Positions 57,835-64,000 of a stretch of 64,000 nt of DNA are shown piece by piece. The position numbers and the translations under genes were made by a program. Each line of letters starts with the position of its first letter. The first letter of the stretch is position 1. The stretch spans positions 1,164,943 through 1,228,942 of the forward strand of contig JAHPZA010000006.1 in the NCBI GenBank assembly GCA_019058445.1, given 5' to 3'. The notes below the pieces were generated by a model that worked only from the letters and a program-made list of their open reading frames with translations, ran no database searches and had not been told where the DNA came from. Origin of the DNA: Promethearchaeota archaeon. GTDB taxonomy: Archaea > Asgardarchaeota > Lokiarchaeia > Sigyniarchaeales > SOKP01.

Positions 57835-59580
57835 TTATTTTCCAAATAATCCTTTTTGCTTCTTATACAATCCAAGGAATTTTCCAGCAGAAGGTGATTC
57901 AAAAGCAATACTAACATCTATTACAGCAGGTTTCTTTGATTCTATTGCTCGCGCTATAGCAGCTTCAATCTCCTCTGGTTTATCAATTTTTTCGCCATAA
58001 CACCCAAATCCTTTTGCTATTTCCGCATAATTAATTTCAGGTAAGTCAACATCACAGTACCTTTTCTGATAATTATTTTTTTGATTCGTTTTAAGCATTC
58101 CCCATGCACAATTATTCGCAATTAATACGATGATAGGTAAATTAAGTCTTACTGCAGTGTCTAATTCATGGACATTAAAGAGAAAGCTTCCATCTCCTGA
58201 AATACACACCGCAAGTTTGTCGAGTTTTGCTAATTTCGCAGCAATAGCATAACACACTCCAACGCCTAAATGCCCCATTCCTATTGAAGTGAATGTACTC
58301 CTTGGATATCTAAGAAAATTGGAAATTAGACCATATGTAAAAACGGCGATATCACCTCCATCAACAACTAATTGTGAATCTGCTGGTATGGCCCTTAGAA
58401 CTTCTATGACAAATCTTTCTGGTTTCATTGGAGTTTTGTCAGATGCTAAAAGCTTCTCAATAGTTGCTTTATCGTTTTTGCGAACATCTTGTAAATAATC
58501 ATTCCACGTGGACCATTCAGTCACTTTTTCTTTAGGAAGTTTTTCTTCCATTACTGCTAATAATTGGTTAATTACTGCTTTAACATCAGCAACTATACCA
58601 ATTTCTACAGGTCTATTTTTTCCAATTTCATTTGGATCAATGTCTACTTGAATTATTTTTTGATTTTGATTCCAGAGAGGAGCTGTCCCATATAAGGTAG
58701 TATAATCCCATCTGCATCCTAAAGATAATACAACATCAGCCTCAGAAGCTGCTCTGCGAAATGTGTTTGCTAAAGGATATGATCCCGCATAAGTTTTTTG
58801 ATTAAGACTAATTGCTCCAATGCCCATGATTGTAGTTAACCCAGGGATTTTATATGTCTCTGACAATTTAATTAAGTCTTCAGAAGCTTCAGAGCTATTA
58901 GTACCTCCTCCCGCAATTATTATTGGTTTATTAGCTACTTTTAGAAGCTCTAATGCTGCATCAATTAAGTTAGGGTCTCCACTCGATTTTTTCAGAGCCC
59001 TATATTTTTCAGGATCAATAATATTTTGCACATCCTCATCACTAGCTTTTCTTACTAAGGCAGTTTCTCTCAATTCTAGAAAAACAGGACCTCTTCTACC
59101 TGACATAGCGGTTTTTATACATCTTTGAACTGCTTTTGGGATTTCATATGGATCCTCTACGGATATTTGTAATTTAGTTATTGGTTCCATCAATTTCATT
59201 TGATCTAAACCACCTTGCAATATTCCTGTATTATCAAACATTCTTGCTATTTGTGCACCAATAATCAACACAGGAATTGAATCTGCGTAAGCAGCAGCGA
59301 CAGCAGGAATTAAGTGTGACACTCCTGGGCCAGCCGTACCAAGACATACTCCTAATTCTCCTGTTGCTCTAGCCCAAGCATCTGCCATGTGTCCACCTGC
59401 TTGTTCGTGTCGTACCATCACGGTGTCAATTCCTTCTTCGCGCCCCCATCGTTCAATAGCATCATAAATTCGAGTTAGTTCCCCACCTATAAGGCCAAAG
59501 ATTTTGGTAACTCCTTCTTTTAAGAGGCACTTGACAAGTAAATCTCCACCATCTAAATCTTGTTTAGCCATATTAAACAA
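57835..59580 (-). CDS. Thiamine-pyrophosphate-dependent enzyme (acetolactate synthase-like family)
   Basis: RHEQAGGHMADAWAR, GPG, GDGSF...NN TPP motif. Confidence 0.9.
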   Translation of the reverse strand: MFNMAKQDLDGGDLLVKCLLKEGVTKIFGLIGGELTRIYDAIERWGREEGIDTVMVRHEQAGGHMADAWARATGELGVCLGTAGPGVSHLIPAVAAAYADSIPVLIIGAQIARMFDNTGILQGGLDQMKLMEPITKLQISVEDPYEIPKAVQRCIKTAMSGRRGPVFLELRETALVRKASDEDVQNIIDPEKYRALKKSSGDPNLIDAALELLKVANKPIIIAGGGTNSSEASEDLIKLSETYKIPGLTTIMGIGAISLNQKTYAGSYPLANTFRRAASEADVVLSLGCRWDYTTLYGTAPLWNQNQKIIQVDIDPNEIGKNRPVEIGIVADVKAVINQLLAVMEEKLPKEKVTEWSTWNDYLQDVRKNDKATIEKLLASDKTPMKPERFVIEVLRAIPADSQLVVDGGDIAVFTYGLISNFLRYPRSTFTSIGMGHLGVGVCYAIAAKLAKLDKLAVCISGDGSFLFNVHELDTAVRLNLPIIVLIANNCAWGMLKTNQKNNYQKRYCDVDLPEINYAEIAKGFGCYGEKIDKPEEIEAAIARAIESKKPAVIDVSIAFESPSAGKFLGLYKKQKGLFGK

Positions 59581-59651
59581 TTATTCTATATTAAAAATAA
59601 ACTTTTTTAACGGTAGATTTTCCAGAAATAGGAAATAAAATTGGATTGCTG

Positions 59652-60095
59652 TTAAAAGGCAATTAATTCGAGATAAAATCCAAGTACCTCTTTAGTATCC
59701 AAATAAAAAAAGTGAACCTTCCCGGCTTTTCCAGTTTGAGCGACATCTATATCGTAATTGTTCTTAAAATATTGTATTAATTTTGGAGCCTCTTTGGTAT
59801 ATATCCCCAAGTGGTGGAGTCCGACTCGACCTTCATCTATAAATTCTTTGTATAAATGATTTCCTGTTGATTCGATTACTTCAACGATTTCAAATTGCTT
59901 GCCGCCAAAATTTTGCATGATTTTTTTCATTTTAAAAGTTACTTCGTTTCCCTCATATAAAACTGTTGAGCTCTGTTCTACAATGTTTGGTTTTGATTTA
60001 AAATCTAGGAGGCCGCCATAGAATTTCGCAGCATTCTCAATATCTCTTACCACAATGCCAATTTGGTCGAACTTTTCAATCTTTAATGAACTAAT
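59652..60095 (-). CDS. VOC/glyoxalase-family protein (methylmalonyl-CoA epimerase-like); inferred ATT start
   Basis: The FDQIGIVVRDIE motif extends upstream of the ORF-track GTG; GLHHLG; YLELI; SD AAGGTGAT 5 nt before ATT 60095. Confidence 0.82.
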   Translation of the reverse strand: MSSLKIEKFDQIGIVVRDIENAAKFYGGLLDFKSKPNIVEQSSTVLYEGNEVTFKMKKIMQNFGGKQFEIVEVIESTGNHLYKEFIDEGRVGLHHLGIYTKEAPKLIQYFKNNYDIDVAQTGKAGKVHFFYLDTKEVLGFYLELIAF

Positions 60096-60120
60096 TTCAT
60101 ATCACCTTTCTAATCTCTTA

Positions 60121-61410
60121 TTAAAAAACCTGAGGATAAAATTCAAGTTTATCAGTTGGTTCTTTTATGATGAATTCACCATCAAGGATCATATGTTTAA
60201 GTTGAGTTGCTAAATTAATAGCACCAAATCTATCTGATTGTCTTAATACAACTGGAATATTCTTATCATCATAACGGATAGTTTTCAAATCTCCCTTAAA
60301 GGCATTCTTAGGACAAACCACTACACAACTGCCACAATTAAAACATCTTGTTCTATCTATACCAGTTTTTAAATTAAATGCATTAGTTGGACACATAGCA
60401 TCTACTGGGCAATCATCACAATCAATACACTTTTTAGGATCAAATGTTATAAGAAAATTGTTATCCCAGACATCTTGATAGGTACCTTCAGCTAACTTAT
60501 TCCTTCCGACAACATTTAAAATAACTAAGGGAACTTGATGATCAGATTTTATAATATTATTCCACACATTTTCGTTTAAAATTGGGATAGGTGCTGCGAT
60601 ACTACAGATGTTTTCTAAACCATAAGATGTACGAAAGGCACCCATATATTCTGGTTTCATCCCTTTAAAATCTGCGATTGTTTGCATATTTGGTTTTAAA
60701 CGGTCATTTCGAGTGCCTGGGCCAAAAATATAACCAATAGTACCATTGACTAAAATTTTCGTACCGACTCCAAACACATCTGCATTAGGATCATTCTGAA
60801 AAGGATTCATTGCACCGCATCCAGAAAAAGTTGCGTGGTTGCAATTTCCTTCTAATGGAAGTACTGAAAATATAGTATTAACACTTTCTGTACTAGGATT
60901 TATCATAGCGAAATAATTTTTTATTGCTTGACGTGTACCCATCATACGTGCAAATTGCATATCATCTAAAGTCATCTCTTTTTCTATTAAATCACCTTCC
61001 TCACTTTTACCAGAAACATTTATCGTTTTGCCTTCCACAAGGTCTCTAAATAAGATGCCACCAGAATAATTTTCTTTTGTTTTACTATGAGCAGTTCCAT
61101 AAAGTATAATATCAACGATTCCTAAAAACTCATTAGGACAAGGTCCCGGAAATGCTGCAATTCCGTTGAGAGAGACTTCTGTAAATTTCCGAACCGTTTT
61201 TGGAGGAGATAATCTAAAGGAGAATAATCCAGCAATTCCACTCATTAAAGCCTTGGTAGCCGTAGTTACCACGTCAACATCTTCAAACTGGATTTTTTCT
61301 CCATCAGCTATTTTATCTATAAGCTCTTGGACAGTATAAATTTTTGCTGAGCCTTTTTGAATTTTTGAGTTTATTTCCGCGAGAGTTCTTTTCTTAGCCA
61401 CAAGAGACAC
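60121..61410 (-). CDS. DUF39/homocysteine-biosynthesis-like protein with C-terminal ferredoxin (methanogenesis marker 16-like)
   Basis: RTLAEINSKI, VDVVTTAT, GPCPNE, TFSGCG..NPFQNDP, two Cys clusters. Confidence 0.8.
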   Translation of the reverse strand: MSLVAKKRTLAEINSKIQKGSAKIYTVQELIDKIADGEKIQFEDVDVVTTATKALMSGIAGLFSFRLSPPKTVRKFTEVSLNGIAAFPGPCPNEFLGIVDIILYGTAHSKTKENYSGGILFRDLVEGKTINVSGKSEEGDLIEKEMTLDDMQFARMMGTRQAIKNYFAMINPSTESVNTIFSVLPLEGNCNHATFSGCGAMNPFQNDPNADVFGVGTKILVNGTIGYIFGPGTRNDRLKPNMQTIADFKGMKPEYMGAFRTSYGLENICSIAAPIPILNENVWNNIIKSDHQVPLVILNVVGRNKLAEGTYQDVWDNNFLITFDPKKCIDCDDCPVDAMCPTNAFNLKTGIDRTRCFNCGSCVVVCPKNAFKGDLKTIRYDDKNIPVVLRQSDRFGAINLATQLKHMILDGEFIIKEPTDKLEFYPQVF

Positions 61411-61511
61411 TTAAAATTTCCAAAATTATATCCAATTTAATATTTAATTATAATAAAACTTTTTTATTATATTCTTAATTAGAAATCTTAGAGTTACTGA
61501 TTAATATATAT

Positions 61512-62261
61512 ATGAATCCTAATTGGTTTTTTTCATTGTCATATTTCGAATCAAGGTTAAGAGTAAATTTTAATGATTTTAATGAAATTAAAGAAAAATT
61601 AGAGTTTTATGAGAAACTTGGTATAAAGAATCTCATTTTAGAACCTAAAGACAAAGTTCAAACTATTTCTATAGAGCTAAAAGAGTTTATCAAGAGCTTT
61701 ACAAAAATGGATATATATTATAGATTCACCTTAAGACCAGAGAATTTACAAGATTTTAAAAAAAAAATTAAAAAATTTTATAATCGTCCAGGAATATTAT
61801 CAGTCGAAACTTCAAATAAAGAGATACAAATTCATGCGGCGAGAGATTCTCGAATAGACCTTATTTCATTTTCTTCTCCCGAAATAATTAAAACTCTTAC
61901 TAATGGAGTAATTTCTTTAATTAAACAAAAGAATTCTTTTATAGAATTTTCTCTATCCTCCATCATGGTAAAAAATAGGGCAATACAATCAAAAAACTTT
62001 AGAAACTTATATCGATTTATACATAAAGTTAGAAAATTTAAAGCAAATTACATTCTCACTGGAGATTTTAATGAATTATTTGATATTAGACCCCCAAGAG
62101 CATTAATAAGTATATGTAATACCCTATTAGATATTCCTATAGCAGAATTAAAACGTGTTTTTAAAGAAAATCCTATAATTTTATTAATACGATCTGAAAA
62201 AAAACAAGATAAAACAATTTTAGGAAATGGAGTTAGATTAATTGGAAATGGTGATTTGTAA
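61512..62261 (+). CDS. rnp3: Ribonuclease P protein component 3 (Rpp30)
   Basis: AARDSRIDLI, IEFSL, DIRPPRAL, ENP; coupled to the Pop5 gene. Confidence 0.85.
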   Translation: MNPNWFFSLSYFESRLRVNFNDFNEIKEKLEFYEKLGIKNLILEPKDKVQTISIELKEFIKSFTKMDIYYRFTLRPENLQDFKKKIKKFYNRPGILSVETSNKEIQIHAARDSRIDLISFSSPEIIKTLTNGVISLIKQKNSFIEFSLSSIMVKNRAIQSKNFRNLYRFIHKVRKFKANYILTGDFNELFDIRPPRALISICNTLLDIPIAELKRVFKENPIILLIRSEKKQDKTILGNGVRLIGNGDL

Positions 62262-62590
62262 TGGTTAAACTAGAAAGACAGAGGTATATACTTTTCCAAA
62301 TATTGAAAGAGGAGGATTTTCAAATTAGTCAACAAGAAATATTAAAGTCGATTTGGCAATCGATTTGGAGGTATTTTGGCATGAAAGAAGCTAATAAAAC
62401 GGGATTATGGTTATTAGAATTAAGTAAAGAATATGGAATAATTCGATGTTCAAATAGTACAAAGGAAATAGTTTTAACGGCGTTAGTACTAATAAAGGAA
62501 TTAAAAGGTAAAAAAATAATTTTCTCACCAGTAAAGACTTCTGGCACCATAAAAGCGATTATAAAAATGAAAAAGATAATAGATAAATAG
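62261..62590 (+). CDS. rnp2: Ribonuclease P protein component 2 (Pop5/Rpp14)
   Basis: RQRYILF, YFG, GIIRC, TSGTIK. Confidence 0.9.
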   Translation: MVKLERQRYILFQILKEEDFQISQQEILKSIWQSIWRYFGMKEANKTGLWLLELSKEYGIIRCSNSTKEIVLTALVLIKELKGKKIIFSPVKTSGTIKAIIKMKKIIDK

Positions 62591-62603
62591 CATTTATATT
62601 GGA

Positions 62604-63038
62604 ATGAAAAATCAACATAAAACTAAGGCATTTATTCAGCGTAGAGTAGATATTAATGGCTCAGTTAAAGATCTAAATATATCTCTCCCTGCTACTATTG
62701 GATTAAGAGAAAATCCATTTTTATTAATAATCCAGTCCACGAGTAAAGAGTGCACAAGGTTGACAATATACCCCATCTCAAGGCAAAAGATAATAAGACT
62801 AAGTTTATACGGGTCGAATATTTCTGAAGAGGTGATTAATAGGCTCTCCAAAATTTTAAAAAAATATGAGATTATACATAACAGTGGGTTTTTAGTAAAA
62901 CAAAAGCAGTTTTACTATGAATGCTATTTTAATCTAAGCTTATCCGATGTGAAATCTAAAGATTTAAAAACCTCTTTAGATAAAATTAAAAATATATTCA
63001 AAGAAATTAAAATTGAAGAAGTTAGTCTTAATAATTAG
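62604..63038 (+). CDS. Hypothetical protein (possible C-terminal ACT-like domain)
   Basis: 144-aa ORF co-oriented with rnp2; IIHNSG..YECY pattern. Confidence 0.55.
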   Translation: MKNQHKTKAFIQRRVDINGSVKDLNISLPATIGLRENPFLLIIQSTSKECTRLTIYPISRQKIIRLSLYGSNISEEVINRLSKILKKYEIIHNSGFLVKQKQFYYECYFNLSLSDVKSKDLKTSLDKIKNIFKEIKIEEVSLNN

Positions 63039-63053
63039 TAAAAAAGAGAAAAT

Positions 63054-63503
63054 ATGAATCCCTGGAAGGTATTCTTAAAATTTGACAATTTAGATTCCGA
63101 AAAAGAATTGAAATTATTTGATGCGAAATCCTATTTCGGTGGATATCTAAAAATCAAAAGGAGTTATTTTAATAAGTTGACAAAAGTTATTAATATGACT
63201 AAGAGATATTCTACAAAAAATGCAATCGAGAAAGTAATCGGTCCGGATGAGAGTGATTGGACATTAAATCCATGGATGCTCATTCTTATAAAAGATAATG
63301 AAAAAGGAAAAAAATTTTGGTTATTTATCAAAAGAGAAAAAGATTTATCGGGGCACCTTATTGCGATTGGACCAAAACCATTCGTGGATTATAATGAAGT
63401 CAATACAGAAGCTAAACGAGAAATAAAACAATTAATAACCTATATTATTGCTTATTTAAATAAGTTTCAAGTAATCATTTTGCTTCCTAACTTTCTTTCA
63501 TAG
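63054..63503 (+). CDS. Hypothetical protein
   Basis: 149-aa ORF with operon-like spacing. Confidence 0.6.
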   Translation: MNPWKVFLKFDNLDSEKELKLFDAKSYFGGYLKIKRSYFNKLTKVINMTKRYSTKNAIEKVIGPDESDWTLNPWMLILIKDNEKGKKFWLFIKREKDLSGHLIAIGPKPFVDYNEVNTEAKREIKQLITYIIAYLNKFQVIILLPNFLS

Positions 63504-63817
63504 GAGTTTTTTTGAAAAAATCCTCTCCTTTTAGATATTAAATTAAATCAAAAGAAGATTTAATATTTACTTTATAAATAATTTAAAAATATCTAATATT
63601 TGAAATAACAAAACTCGAATAAGTTTAAGGAGCGCTAGCAAAATAAACATAGTTTTAATAACGAAGTTAGCACTCTCAAGTATAATTTTAGATTCCTTTA
63701 AATCCCTATATTATCCAGTTATACATTGGGAAACTTAATAAAAAAAATAAAATTATCATTTCTAAAGTGAAGTATATTGTCAAATAGAAATTTGTAAAAT
63801 AATATGGTTTTATAATC

Positions 63818-64000
63818 GTGAAAAAGTGTACCTTTAATCTTTTGATAGTTATGTACATCGCTTATATTTTATTATCTAGCAGTTTTCTAATTATAAATGG
63901 AACTGCCGCAGTTGAAGATTTTGAACCTAAATTCGGATATGCGCCTGATATTGATGGCGATATTGAAAGATCAAATAAAGAATGGGAAAATGCTTCAAAA
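63818..64000 (+). CDS. Secreted protein, N-terminal part (possible CBM9/DOMON-like domain); runs off the window
   Basis: GTG start, MKK plus hydrophobic signal peptide, then APDIDGDI...EWENA. Confidence 0.65.
   Translation, partial: MKKCTFNLLIVMYIAYILLSSSFLIINGTAAVEDFEPKFGYAPDIDGDIERSNKEWENASK

Noticed and set aside
60083-60100. ATG directly after the SD of the VOC gene (MKLVH*)
   Set aside because: Zero SD spacing and out of frame; ATT at 60095 fits better, although a regulatory mini-ORF or a 1-nt sequencing error cannot be excluded
1200-62851. Many short ORF-track entries antisense to or nested in long genes (e.g. 1458..1787, 7329..7634, 10045..10425, 15444..15872, 43883..44128, 46170..46538, 53072..53500, 57064..57465)
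   Set aside because: They are shadows of well-supported genes on the other strand or frame and carry no motifs; 43883..44128 is the antisense of the true ScpA N-terminus
63630-63676. Imperfect inverted repeat GAGCGCTAGC...GTTAGCACTC
   Set aside because: Single hairpin with no supporting motif; cannot be assigned
1-64000. CRISPR array, rRNA, transposase or integrase
   Set aside because: No regularly spaced repeats, GC-rich rRNA-like stretch or recognisable recombinase seen

Overview
AT-rich archaeal chromosomal segment. Gene content (DENN/longin and UBC-like eukaryotic-signature proteins, HEAT proteins, Topo VI, L15e, RNase P proteins) points to an Asgard archaeon, most likely Lokiarchaeia; this is an inference. 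Most genes are housekeeping: replication and chromosome genes (uvrD-like, mcm, gins23, top6A/B, smc-scpA-scpB, a degenerate orc1/cdc6), coaBC, lysXZK, valS, pyrE, serA, rpl15e and rnp3/rnp2. There is also a small dam/LAGLIDADG island at about 32.0-36.7 kb and a radical-SAM gene flanked by direct repeats. Main observations: (1) an approximately 1484-aa SMC with no canonical hinge, which has a duplicated helical domain at the apex and arms built from ~90-97-aa repeats; (2) a closely similar helix-extension-helix (SAP/Rho-N-like) module on both the kleisin ScpA, in an N-terminal part the ORF track missed because it starts at ATT, and a greatly expanded Topo VI-B; (3) an unannotated C/D-box guide RNA predicted to direct the 23S P-loop Gm2251; (4) a tRNA-Ala(CGC) with a BHB intron at non-canonical position 25/26; (5) a divergent PPP phosphatase / atypical kinase pair; (6) a polytopic membrane-HEAT protein between mcm and gins. 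All calls come from reading motifs by eye; no database searches were run.
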